Assembly (NCBI GenBank): GCA_036172245.1
Contig: JAYWIR010000015.1
Coordinates: 1,426,001-1,490,000 of the forward strand
Direction of reading: 5' to 3'
Source of the DNA: Raillietiella orientalis
Taxonomy: Eukaryota
DNA length: 64,000 nucleotides
Positions 24,865 to 37,926 of this stretch are shown in pieces (position 1 is the first letter of the stretch; each line of letters starts with the position of its first letter). The notes beneath the pieces are model-generated. The model was given only the letters and a program-made list of their open reading frames with translations, had not been told where the DNA came from and searched no databases. The position numbers and the translations under genes were made by a program.

Positions 24865-25006
24865 GTGCCAGCAGCAGCAGCAGCAGCAGCAGCACCGTGG
24901 TGAGGATGCGGATGTGGCTGACTCTCCCGGTTGTGGATCATCGGATCTTCTCCATGGCCGCTGTCAAACGGGGGACTTCCCAAGTAGTAGCGTGAATTGC
25001 GATCAG
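24865..25006 (+). CDS. Candidate internal exon encoding a polyQ low-complexity peptide (CQQQQQQQQHRGEDADVADSPGCGSSDLLHGRCQTGDFPSSSVNCDQ); gene unknown
   Basis: Pyrimidine tract at about 24795-24852, then A9-TAG|G acceptor (24863-24864). One frame is open across all 142 nt and ends at a CAG|GTAAAA donor (25007). The segment is more GC-rich than its flanks. No homology recognised. Confidence 0.33.
24869..24892 (+). repeat. (CAG)8 trinucleotide repeat
   Basis: Seen directly. Confidence 0.95.
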
Positions 25007-27846
25007 GTAAAACTTTGCCTAGAAAGGAAAAGAAAAAAAATTCTGTAGATATCAACCGGCGGTTACAACAGCATTTTTGTGCGTATGTGCTGTTTATCAG
25101 ATGCGGTGCATGCATGTATGTAGATTATTTTGTTTCCCAGGCACGCAATGTTTATCAAATATAGTACATGGCGGCGGCGACCTATTTTTTTCTCTTCTTC
25201 TTCCCTTTCTTCTTCTCTCTTTTTTTTTTTTTAACAAATCTAAATTGCACGGAGACGATCTATTTTACTTTTTTCCTTCTTCTGCTCCCCGAAAAACGAA
25301 TACTTTCCGTGTTGCGGCTTACTCGTGACTCCTTTTTTTTTTTTTTAAAAAAAAAAAAAGGTTTTAATTTTTCCAGTGTGGTTCGATTCCAGCCAAGTGC
25401 GACCCCAAGTCCGCCCCCCCCCCTTTTTTTTTGGGGGGGGGGGGGGGAAGCGCTTTCTCCTCCATCGTATTGGCTTGAGAGGAACGCAATTACAACACCC
25501 CAGAAACACACACACACGCCGGTGTGTGTTTCCGCGTTCCCGCCGAGTGTCCGTCTCAATTAACTGCGGAGCAGTGTTCCCAGAGCTGCAGTCGAACATG
25601 CAGCCGCGCAGGAGGAGGAGTTTATGCAAATCTTCGTGCGGAGATGAGGAGATGCAAGCGTGCACGGTGCACTTTCCGATCCGAATGTGCAACACTTTAA
25701 AGTAATGCTTTTTCGTAATGCGTTTGCGTATCCGAGAAGTTTTGTTCTTATGCGGACGGGGAATCGCAGGCAATAAATCGGGACGGGAGGAAGAAGGAAA
25801 CTCCGAAGCACACAAAAGCATGAATTCTGAAATCTTCATCGGGAGAGCAGCCGGGAGCATCGCTTGATCTCCCGCTCCTGTTGATTCTGAAGTTTTTGTG
25901 ATTTCCCAGTCGATTTACGCTTCCGAGCATTTTGTTCGGGGGCGTGCCGTGGTAACGAGATGCGCCTTAAGTGTTTAATGTATTCCGAAACGCCTCCGGC
26001 ATTGGTAAATTATGATAGAGAGTAAACGATTGAAATGGCGGAATGGTAAGTAAAAATTGCGGGGAGCGATGGCATTGAAGAGATCCCCAACCACTCTTCA
26101 GGAGGAATGAGTGAGAGAGAAACGTGCAGTCGGAGCGGCGGTCTTCCTCGGCGCCAAAGACAACAGGAGGGGAATGAAAGCCGAAGAACGGGGAGGAATC
26201 GGTTCCGATCCCAGCGCTCACGCAGTGGGAAAAAAGTGGAATAAATCTTCCAAAACTCCAAAACGTTATTTATTCTGCAGTGATATCAGTTAGCGAAAGC
26301 AATGGAAAAGGAGAATCGTTGTTTTCTTCAGAATAGCCGAATACTCCTTTATGGGATTTTCGCTGGTGGTTGCCCAACAGCCACAAATCTTTTCCCGGTC
26401 CAACCGGTCTGCCATCTTTTTTCCCGACGCAGAACTAAGGGTTCGGAAGAAGGATATGCTTTGGAGCCGAGCAGCAAGAAGCGGATGACGCGCTGCCTTC
26501 GTGCTCGATTCACTAATAGTAATTGCCTGTGCAATTAGTGGCTGACCATTATCTTCCACGTGAAGAATGCACTTCCCTACCACGTTCGATGGTCTGTTAG
26601 CATTTCGTGGGTTTACGGTGTATTGCGCAAATCATAAAAGCGTGTCTGTGTGTTTTCCTTCTCTGCGCTTCTTTCCGGTTCTGTGCATAACTTATTTTCA
26701 GAGTGCGTTTGTGACTTTTCTTTCTTCTTCCTTCCTTCTTTCGTTCTTTTATTTAACCCTGGCAGTAGCTGCGTATGCAAGCGTGTTGAACATTCCGCAG
26801 TTTCGTTCGAAGAGCAAATCCGTTGCCTATTTGCATTGGTTCGAATTCCGTTGAATTTTACTTTTGCTCATCGAAGTGATCGTTGGCGTTCCCGCATTTA
26901 TTTTTTGTGGATGCATTTTGCATCCCCTCTCATTTTTTTTTTTTTTCCTCTTTTCCTTCGAGGTGATTTTTAAACGGGGAGGGGGGGGGAGGAGGGATAC
27001 GTTTCTTCACTTTTAGGTGCATTACCGGCTCGAGAGGGACTGTTGATTCAAAGATTTATCGTGGCACCTTGGTTTCCGACTGTTTTCCTCCTCCTCGTAG
27101 ATCATTCTCCAAAAAAGAAAAAAGAAAAAATCAGCTGCCAGTGGTCGATCTCTTCCCATTTTATTCATAATTGAAATGCTTCTTCGAAAAACATCCTTCC
27201 ATGTTCTTGCGAAATAACTTCTGTGGGAACTGACCAATGCGTCGCCCGGCGATCTCGGACAAGAGTCGTCCACTAATGCACGCAGCTGCGTATCTATCGC
27301 AGCTGTAATTATTAATATCTATTATGAGCCTTTTTGTCAGTCGACCCTTCCGTAGGGCCGCAGGTCGGTTCTGTTTTTTTCCTCCTGCCAGATTTGCCAT
27401 TCTGCAGATAGCGGCAGTTTCCCGACGCTCTGTGGCGAGCGGCAGCAGCGGGCACATGGGGATGGACCAAACTTTCAGAAACCTGATGACGTGTTTCCCG
27501 TTACGGCGTTCGCAGAGACGTCGTAATCAAATCACTTGTTCCCAGTCAGTAACACGTGAATTTTTCACCTCCGCACGATCATCTGTATTTTGTAAATGTC
27601 AGCAGCCGGAAGGAAGGGCATTAAAGCTCGTCGTTCATTATTGAATTTAATTATCGCATTAAGAGCTGACGCAGCAGCGATCAATTTGTCATTGAAGTCA
27701 TTATTTGCTCACATGAGCTCATCGCATTGCTTGCGAGAACTCGATAAGTGGAGAAGGGTGCTCTCAGTCTGAAAGTACTCTCGTTCTGTTTTCAGTGCAA
27801 TCTTCTTTGACCTGGTGTTCTTCTGTTGTTGTTGTTGTTCCTTCTT

Positions 27847-27876
27847 CCCCCCCCCCCTCTCTCTCTCTCTCTCTCT
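27847..27876. repeat. C-run plus (CT)10
   Basis: Seen directly. Confidence 0.9.
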
Positions 27877-29109
27877 ATCCCTTCCTTTCTTGCCTTCCGG
27901 AACTGAGCTTTTAACTCGTGTCTGATATGCGGCATTATGGAATGCACATTTTATTCCAACCTGCCGAGTCAATGAGAATGACATCAGCGCTGAACCGTGA
28001 AGATGGCAACCTTTTGACCGATTCCAGCGTGGAAACCATTTCCTTGTCCTGCACTTGGATTCCGTTTCCCGGCCGAGGAGTGCAGCAGATCTTATGGGGA
28101 GAGATACTTCCAAAGTTTTGCTTTCCATTCTGGATGAACGTCCTCCCTATTTAGTCATGACGCTCATGATCCCCATTGATGAGCAAGGCGAAATTGCGAT
28201 TTCCCTTTATTCACGTGTCATGGGAACTTTTTACGTCACGGATGCCTTGGATCCCAGTGGGCACTTTCCAAGCTTACGTAGCCTAAAGAATGTAATGGAA
28301 TTGCGTAGTTTGCAGTTACCCGGAATAGCTAATTACTCGAATAGAGCGGCTTCGATCGGAAGTGTTGAAGACTCCGCGTCTTCATGCGCTTACATTTTTT
28401 TTCTTCTTCTCCTTCCTGTCCTCCGGAGGTGTTTCTTCTCGCTCGACTTGAGCTTTAGGATCAGGAAATCGACGATCTCGACGAGTAGCCGTCGTCGCCG
28501 AGATTCAGTACGAATTCGGTGGCAGCAGGCACGCAAGCCTCGGCTCCTCGGGACCACAAAACTTCTTCCTTCAAGGAAGGTGGTTCCTTTGATAAAATCA
28601 GCTCGAGGAGACACGGTTGTTTCTTGCTGGTGAAGGCACGTAAAGTTCCTTTGAGGAGGAGCCCACGTTCGGGAAAAGAAAAAAAGAAAAAAAATCGCAA
28701 CCCCCCCCCCTAGTACCCAGTAGTTTCTCTTGTACTTTATTCGTACCAAGAGGTCTTCATCGAATCACATTCTGTTGCCTTCTCGCATGCTGAAATATAA
28801 TAATCTACGAAAATTGTCGGAAGCCTCCGAAGAAGGTCCTACCTGTTTCCGTTTGAGCCATTCACGAAGGCCCCCCCCCCACACCCTTTACGATGGTTCT
28901 ACGCACGTTTTCCATCAGAAATGAGTTTGAGTCTTGCCGTTCGGCCGGGCCATCCGTTCCTCCCAGAAGTGAAGACGTGCTCGAGAGAGTTTCTGCAAAA
29001 CCGCGATAAAACCAAAGTGCCAGTCAGGGAGTTCATTTTCGGATCTGCCCGTTGGTAGCTTGGGCCAAGAAAATTCAGTGACCTCATTGTGTTTTTCTTG
29101 TGTTTCGTG

Positions 29110-29155
29110 TTTTTTTTTTTTTTCTTTCTTTTTCTTTCTTTCTTTCTTTCCTTCT

Positions 29156-29209
<54 letters not shown>

Positions 29210-29215
29210 TTTTTT
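29110..29215. repeat. Compound microsatellite: T-run, (TTTC)n, (TC)13, (GC)7, (GT)9
   Basis: (TC)13 at 29153-29178, (GC)7 at 29179-29192 and (GT)9 at 29193-29210 abut each other. Confidence 0.95.
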
Positions 29216-30659
29216 CCCTCCAGTGAAAGCAACCACTCTTTTTTATCTCTGTCGTTCCAAAATACATTCGCTCCTCAGCTTGCTGCGCTTGCCGAGAACG
29301 AGTAAAGTAACTTCTGTTCTACTTCTTTCGCCTTCGTGGATCTTTCGAGAGCAGTCTCTCGATCTCCAGTCAGCTTCACGAAATCCGTCTCGATGGAGTT
29401 TTTTGTCCTCTTCGCCTGTGTCGGTCGCGCTCTGCAGTACTTCCTGCCATCTTTCAGTTGACGATACGCAAAGGGTTTTTTTTTTTTTGTTTCCCGGCTC
29501 TGATTGACGTGTGCTCGACGTCGGATGTGATCCGTGGTTACGTGGGCTTTTTCGGCGTTCATCCGGGGTGGGGGGGTTTCACCCTGCATTTCTGTTCCGG
29601 CTTTTACCTCGGCGGGCGCATTCATGAAATCCACACAATCCCTTCTTCATTCCCGTTTTGCTAATGGGTGACCTCGGGTTCCGGTTTCAACCCTTTTTTT
29701 TTTTTCTTCTTCTTCTTTTCTTCTTCCTTTTCTCATTGTGCACCATCTGGATGGTGTCTCTATGAGACGACCCCCGTTATACGGACTTCATTTTCCTGTG
29801 ATGAGTTTTAATTGCCCTTGAGCCTATTTGTTCTTGCATAATCGGGAGTTTTTGCGGAAGGAGCGAGCAAGCGTATGAATTTTGCCGTCCGAGGGCAAGT
29901 TGGCCGCCAGGCGGTCGGAAGTCGGGGGGGACGACTCTTCGGCGGGCTCTCCCGATTCCGGTTCCGGCAAAGCGCAGTGCGGGAACAAATCAAAACGGAT
30001 CGGAAATCGTGGGGAGTTGCGATTCGGACGGGGGCCGTGATTTTCTTCTTCCTTCGAATTTCCATTTCTTTTGAGAAAATACTTAACATATTGCAAAGAC
30101 AACAGCTTTATTGCATCCGTGACACTTGAGTAATGTTCCTGGAGATTGCTTTTGTGATCTTATAGATTGGTTTTCCTAATCCGTTGTTTTGAAAAGTCTC
30201 TTCTGCACTTCTTTTTCCTCCGTGCGTCGAGGATTTTTTTTTTTCTTCTCTTCTTTCCGCCCCAAAATTAAGGGATGCCGCATTAAGGATGGTTTCTTAT
30301 ATCACAAAATGATTGCCGATGATCGATGACCGTTGATTAATGCTAGCTCCTAATATGATAAATGATTTGCTGATTTCCCGTAAGCTTGAAAATTGTTTTT
30401 GCTTGTCTGTCGCAGGCTGCTTGAAAATCTTTTGAATGTGAGTTTTCTGCATTTTCTTTGTCTCGTGGGCAAAAAAACACAATGCGCGCCACTCCTACAA
30501 AGTAATGAGTCGAATTTGTTGATTTATCACGGTTTGCCAATCACCGAACGTCCAGTGCCCCATTGTTGCCTCCGCGAGCTGTGATTCGTCGTTTCCCCAT
30601 CAGCAATAACAGCTGACGGTAATGAAGTGCACAAGCAACGGATTACGCTTGCAATTTGC

Positions 30660-30678
30660 GTGTATGTGTGTGTGTGTA

Positions 30679-30729
<51 letters not shown>

Positions 30730-30766
30730 GTGTGTGCGCGTTTCTCTCTCTCTCTCTCTCTCTCTC
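30660..30766. repeat. Compound microsatellite: (TG)n/(TGTATG)n followed by (TC)12
   Basis: TGTATG hexamer run at about 30683-30730; (TC)12 at 30743-30766. Confidence 0.93.
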
Positions 30767-31417
30767 ACGTGAGTTGGAAAATTTGCTCCCAGAACGCACT
30801 TTGCGCGTCCAGTGTTGAGCAGCAGGGCAGGAAAAGAAAAGAAGAAAGAAAGAGAGTAATTGTAAAATAAAGAGGCAATCTTTAATCAGGGGATGGCAGA
30901 TACAAAAAGTGTTTTCTTCGAGGAGCGATGATGCACCTTAGCGGTGTTTCGCCGAAGGCTTGCGGGACTTGGGGGATACGAGGGCATGACCCAGTGTGTG
31001 CTTTCTGTGTGTGCGATGGCATCTCGACTGCAACCGAGACGTATGTGATGATGACGCCTCGAAATTGGAAAACTGCTACTTGCATTTGACGGAGGTGGAC
31101 AACTGCGAAAGCCGACACCTGGGATCAGCAGCACCCAACACGGGAGCTCTTCCTCCTTGACAGTCTAAAATGGCGTTTATTAATCTAGAACGCGGTGTTC
31201 GTTTTACAATATGGTCCAGAATCTTTAGCAGTTGACAGCGGATTCCCGACCGTTACTTCTCTCTCCTTTTTTACTCTTTTGTCGATTCCTGTGCATTCGA
31301 TCCGTCGGCACAGATGTGTGTTCACCCTTACGTTGAATTTTTCCATCCAATGGAAAATGGTGCTCGTTGCGTTCTTTCACCAGCACAGCATCGAATCGCA
31401 CAGGTTATCATTTGCGA

Positions 31418-31441
31418 GTGTGTGTGTGTGTGTGTGTGTGT
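31418..31441. repeat. (GT)12
   Basis: Seen directly. Confidence 0.95.
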
Positions 31442-32893
31442 TTCTCCAACAGTCAGTAGCAAGCAAAGTGGAGAAGTCGCTTAGCGAGTATTAGGAAGGA
31501 ATTAGCAACGAACGTGCGTTTCCAAGCAGTTGTGCAAATGGCGACCGGGGATGAGATTTATCCCCCGGAACAATTCGACTTTTCAATCATTTATCCAAAA
31601 TTGGGAGTTAATCGTTCGTCGAAATCTGTGATTATTTAAAAGAGCAGCTTAAGAGGAGTTTCCTTAATGCTTGATAAATGCGTGGTTTGTGGATGCGTCG
31701 ACAAGTGTCAAGGAAATGGAAAACCAAAGACTTTTTTTCTTTCAAGTCATTTCTAATTGCAATGCCGTCAGTAATTGTGACCGATTGAAACCCATTTGAG
31801 CGTTCCGCTGTAAACTTTACTCTCATTCGCGTGAGAAAGCTCTTTTAATACTTACAAATGACTAAATAAGTATGATCAGCTCCCAGTTCCATTTTTGCAA
31901 GTCCTTATGAGAATATAATCGACCGCCTCGTTACTTCCAGGTTGTGTTGCATAACCTTCCGTATTTCCTTTATATTTCTAAAAGAGCCCTTACCGTACGG
32001 CTCCATGTTAAAAAAAAAAAAAAAAAAAAAAATCATCTCAGCGCGTTTCCATCCAACGCAGAATTAGGCTGTAATTGTGCCTTTCTTTGAGTAATTACCA
32101 TTCGGATCCTTAATATTTGACCTAAATTGTTTTTTTCTCTCCTTCTTCTTCTTTTTTCCTTTGACGGTTTACTTTTTATCCATTTTCGCATTTTCGGCTA
32201 TTTGCCTTTTTTTTGTTGTTGTTGTTGAGTTATCTCGTACATAGTGTCTTATCTCTCAGCCTGCCGTTACATATATTTGTGTCTAAAACTCCCAATATGT
32301 CCGCTGATCCAGGATGGAAAAATCTGTTGCACCACCGTGCAGCAGTTTGTGTGGGCATTTGCGTGTGTGGTTTTCCGATATCTGTCTTCGTAGCCTTCTC
32401 CGACGAATTCGGTGGACCTCACGAAGATTCCTTTCTCATCTTATGTGTGCTGCTGCTGCTGCGCCCGTGCCTTCCTCTTTAGAGCCAGCGTTGTGAGCGA
32501 CGAAAATCCAGCAATCGCGATGGTTCAACCTGAAGGTCCATTGTGATCGAGGATGTGCAAAAGGCATTCTTTCTTCTCTGTCGGATTATAAAGATTTCAG
32601 GAAGATCAATTTCGTGATTCGCTCGGGGAGAGCGATTCAGCGTGGAGCAGACGAGTGCTGCAGATTGGGATGCGTTTTGGCTCCTGTGTCGGCTCCTGCG
32701 TCACCGACGAAAGTACGATGATCTCTTGAGGTCCGCAAGCTGAGCGGTCCGAGGAAGGGGTGTTGATAGCAAGGTGGCGTGTGTACATCGTACAGACGCT
32801 TGGTACGACGGCCAAGTTCGACTGCAGAATGCGAAATTCGAGCGCTTTGGCTGTGTCGATCCTGCGAATCCCAGCCAGCGATTCCTCATCGAG

Positions 32894-32910
32894 CACACAC
32901 ACACACACAC
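32894..32910. repeat. (CA)8
   Basis: Seen directly. Confidence 0.9.
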
Positions 32911-33705
32911 GTCTTTGCCAACCGTCCTCTCACGCTGCGAAGAGGGGTTGCCTCGAAACGAAACCGGCAGACCTGGCTCTCAGCTCTCGTTATTTTCCGA
33001 GATGCAGATAATTCTCGAACAATCATAAATGGACACGATCAGATTCCCAAGGAAAATTCGAAAGAAGGAAGGAAAAAAAAAAAAAAAATGGTGCGAAGCG
33101 GAAAGCTGGGTTGCAAATTTTGGATTCTCGAAATACCAATACGGGCGACGGCGATAAAATAAACAGAACAGAAGAACGTAAGCCATTTACGATTCTGGTC
33201 ACATTATTTATCTCATGAATGCCAAGAGGCAATTTTGCATCGGGAGATAAAGAAATTGCGAATTTCAAATTCGGGAGAACAGCGATTGATCATCGCAGCC
33301 GTTGCTGCGATCGTAATTATAAAATGGCAACACAATACAGTAGTGGGGAATATTGTGAATGAAGTGATTTTTCGTAATGCTACTCCTATAATTCCGTAAC
33401 GTCTTCATGAAAGTGTTTCAGTATTTTTTTTCATTTTTTTTCGGTATAAGCATCCAGCCCACTATAAAAGCGTATGCATCGTCGTGGATCAATAGCCACC
33501 ATAAATTCTATTTAACCGGATTTAAAGCCATCTTTTGAAATTCTTCTGCTATATCTTTTCCTTCATTCCTTTGCGTAGTTTCCGTGAAGTCGCTTCCTCG
33601 ATAGCTGAACGCATATTTCTCAGACGCCAGAAAGCTGACTTGGTTTCGGTATACGACGAGTCTTCTAGCATCACTATCAAGAGGAAAAAAACTTGGGGTT
33701 GTTAG

Positions 33706-33750
33706 AAAAAAAAAAAAAAAAAACGTGTGTGTGTGTGTGTGTGCGCGCGC
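33706..33750. repeat. A18 plus (GT)9(GC)4
   Basis: Seen directly. Confidence 0.92.
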
Positions 33751-36700
33751 ACGAACACGCTGATGCTCGAGTCGTAAGACCCAAATAAGGGGTAAGTAGG
33801 AAAAGCCGCAGCAGTGCGTATGTGTCCTCCAGAAAGCCAAATAGCCCAGACTGAGCACATTTACCATGCCGCGCAGCTTCGCCGGTCCTCCAGCAGTTGA
33901 AGAGATGAAGCACATTTCGAGAACGGAGCCTTTATTTATTTCAGCGTGTTCCCATTCCGGAAGCAAAACCGCAGCCTCAAGAGGTTGTATTTCAAACGTT
34001 GTTTTTCCGTGGGAATCGCTGATTATTCAGGAACACTTTTCTGCCTACTTTCGAAAGGGTGCCTCTCCTTTCCGCTGGATCACAATCGCCTATACTCCGG
34101 TGCTCCTTTCTTGGGGACCTGAAAGTTTTTTGGTGTTGGAAAACCGTGCTCACACGTGTGTTTGCATCACTTTCTGTACATTCCGTTTCGTCGTTCCAGT
34201 ACATTTTCCAAAGCAATGAAGTGGGACGAATATTCTGGGCGGTTAATGCTTTGCAATATCTGTCTGTCTATCAAAGTTATTTCGGTTCTTTTACCAAACG
34301 AAAGGAAGATAAGGCGTTCTCCGGATTCATATGGTTGAAAAGGTTGTCCGTTTCTCAAGTTGGGCTGCAGTGGTGTTTTGTATGCATGAAAAACAAATTC
34401 GGAGTTGAAACACAATTGTGATTATTACTTATCAGAAACATAGTCGATTGGGATACAGTACCAAAGTTAATAAGTGTACGTTGCCAGGCCCTTGCATAGA
34501 GAGTTGGAACTTACATCAAGGCCTCCTTAATGGTGCTGCACGATGAGGTCATCATTTAAAAAAAGCCAATTTCAAGGAAATTCGGTTGTTTCGTTTCGGC
34601 GTATTCACGTAATGGCATTTGTTTTAATAGTCCTCCAAGTGGATGTTATCAGCTTCCTGTACGCCTTATCAGCAACAGTTTCTAAAGACTTTTATGTAGA
34701 ATATCCCGTGATCTGTGTGCCACCGTGAGAAATAAATACTTAGTGGAGGAGAACCATGGAAAAACCCTTGGGTTTCGTGTTCTCTTTCGCTCTCCTTTTT
34801 CTTTACTCGGAAGACGCTGCGTGCTCACCAGTAGGACTTTCTGCAGTTTCTCCAAATTGGTTATTATTCTCATTCTCATTCTCATTTTCGGTTACATCTG
34901 AAGCATAAGTTGCATAAGGGCTCCTCCATCCATGGCAAGTTGAGAATTCTTTTCGTGATGTCGGTCGCATTGCAAATTTTCGTTTGCCGTTTGAAATTTT
35001 CAAAAGTCCTTGAAAGCAGAAAGGCTGTACACATTCTCATTTTTTCGCACATTTCATTTCGCATATTTTCATTTTTTGTTGTACTGTCGATTGAGGCTGG
35101 AGTTTTGAGAGGCGTCGGCGATGGAGATAACGTACATGGAATCCGTTAAATGCTTTCATCGGATCGGAGAGCAAATGGATGCACGCAGTTTTTTCGGCAA
35201 ATAACTTGATTAAGAAAGGAGAAAATACATCCATAATGGTTTCTACAGTCAGCTGGGATTCCCTTTAAAGAAGTCCTCGGACCTGATGAGATGTTTCTGG
35301 GTTCGGAGGAACTCTGAAATCGGGTGGAGGGAGGGAGAGACGATGTGAATGAAAACGGGAGCCGCAATAATCTCAACATTTGTCTTCGTTTCTTGAGGAC
35401 GACCATCGCGTGGTCCTCGCAGTGTGAGCCTGGACCGCGAACACTTGGCGAAGGGAGCATTCGTACCGAACTCCAAGAGAACTCGAGGTTGGATGTTTTC
35501 ACGGAATCAACGACGACGAATCCTGCAGCCTAATTACCGCACCTAGTTGCATTTAATTGCCGATGTGTTGGGGTATGCAGAAACACGTCTTGGCCGAATC
35601 ATGCAGATTGTCTCGCGCAGATTACGTCAGTTCCAGTGGTGCATACTTGTTACCGAAGAAACTGGTTCCTGATTACTTTTTCCTCGGAGCAATCCGCAGT
35701 CGAATAATAGGTAATGCTCGAATGGCATCATGTGAGAAAGAAAGAAACTGGGTGCTTCACAAATATTCTGCCATTCTGCCATGTGAAGTAGCTGATGAGC
35801 AAACATTACCACAATCATCCCGAGCAGCTTACTCATTTACGTGCTCCTTCTGAAACGGATGAATGACTCGAATCAGCATTTTGGATTTTGATTTGATTGG
35901 TCGCTTCTCGAAAGGGAAAAAAAAAAAAAAAAAATTCCATACTCTTCCGAAATGCAGTGTCGCCCAGTGGAATCGTTGAGACTCCGCGATCGGATGGTAA
36001 AATTGAAAAAATTGTGGCCCTGTGCACCAGTTTGAGTGGATGATGGATGCATCACAGGGAAGCATGACGTCTTGCGGATGCCTGACTTGAACGTCGGTCA
36101 TTCGAGAAACGTGAATTCGTAACGAGTCGGGCAGCGAGTTTCGGAAAAAAGTCTTCTTCTTCGTATCTATTCGCGGATTCAAGCGGGGCATGAAAAAAAA
36201 ATCAAACGAAATGAAAAAAAAAAAAAAAAAAAAATTGGAATGAAAACACACACATACGCATGCTGAGAACATTCCGCGAAATTTTTTCGTATTTTTCACC
36301 TGCCGCGATTCGCGTATTGAACGCGGGATTTTCATGTTCAAAGTGTGGATGCTGTCGTGGTGTACAATAACCGGAAACTCTTCTCCGTGGATGGACACTT
36401 GAAAAAAAAAAAAAAAAAAAAAAAAATCCGTGCATGTGGGGTTTGCACGAAAATTTTCTGTCTTTCGATGGCTGCTCAGAATTCCCAGCCATCTCCGCGA
36501 GTAATAGTAACCGATGAAAGAGAATTCGGAATCTTCGTATCTCCGGGTTCGCGAAGTACTCGAGCTGGAGTTTTTCCCAGGATGTTACGTCAGTCTTTCC
36601 CATGTTACATCAAACTCGTCAACAGAAATTTTCCTCGACTCAGATGGAAGAAAACGCGCGAGCCTACATCCGAAATGTGAGAACTTTGTCATTAACGGTT

Positions 36701-37903
36701 TGAAATCTAGAACAGGAACGATAAGACACAGATAAAAGCGATCTCGGATCCAGATGAAGGAATGCTCCAAAGGAAAGGCGCATTCAAATCCTCCGGCATT
36801 ATCAGCAATGTTTTCGGGATAATCTTGCTCCGATCAGGAGCCGATGAAAGCTTTTGGAAAATCGGCGATCGAGAAAAGTTGAGTCCCTTTGTTCTGCCAG
36901 AATTCAATTACGGTTTTAAAATCAAAGCATCGGTGGCGCGGGAGATGTGCGAACCCGTGTCCTCCGCAGCGGCCGAGACACAACCGGAGCGCGCGCGACC
37001 TGTAAAATGCGAAACGACGGATCCAGGAACGAGGGAAGCTGCGGTTCCTGTTTGGTCGTTCTGATAAGTTGAAGCTGGTGCCGTAGCCGTGGAATGTCAG
37101 GCTTTGTGCTAGATGTCAAACGCACTTCCATTCCAGGGGAAAATAGGGCTTGGCTATCGACTCGGTCTTGTTTCATCATGCAGCCGTTCAAGTTCACTTA
37201 AAAAAAAAAAAAAAAAGAAAGAAAGAAAGAAAAAGAAAAAGGAAAAAAAAAAGCACTAGTGATCTGCTTCCGATGCGTTCTCGTTTGCGATCGTTTCGGT
37301 GCATTCGTTCCTCGGTCTTACAAGAGGTTCCATTGGAAAATGACAGAGCCACGCAAAAAAAAAAAAAAGAAAAAAAAAAAAAAGGAAAGTAATTTAATGG
37401 AACTGCAATCACTGGTGCGAGCCGTGCCCGCTTGTCGAATCGTATGCAAAATCAAGGAGGATACGCGCGGTGGGATTCCGTGTTTCAAGTGCTCACCGCA
37501 TCCGTCGAGTCGGAAAAGGGTGCCGAGCCACCCCCGTTCGCAGCCACCCGTGGTATGCTGCTCTTCGGATCATTCGAACGTTTCCTCGCATTTCGAATTG
37601 AGCGTGCTGCGTGGGCATCGCCCGGCGGCGGCACACCTCGCTGTCCCACCCGGGCTTGCGTGCCCTTCCGAAACACCTTGCGATCCGAGGTCGCTCCCGA
37701 CGGCGGAATCGGGAATGCGGCGGTGTGAAGTTACGTGGTCGCCGGGAACACGCTCGTCGCCTTTTCTTCCGTCGCGCCCCGGCCCACCACCGGATCGGCC
37801 AAGACGGAAACATTTTCCAAGAGCGTCGTGGGTCTTCCTGGTGGGCGAGGGGCTGCTGGCAATGCCTCCGCGGCATGTGTGAGGTCGTGTGCTCCGTGCC
37901 GAC

Positions 37904-37926
37904 GGTGGTGGTGGTGGTGGTGGTGG
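37904..37926. repeat. (GGT)7
   Basis: Seen directly. Confidence 0.92.

Noticed and set aside
25376..25395. GGTTCGATTCC T-loop-like motif
   Set aside because: The T-stem is incomplete, and the upstream sequence is homopolymer rather than a tRNA body.
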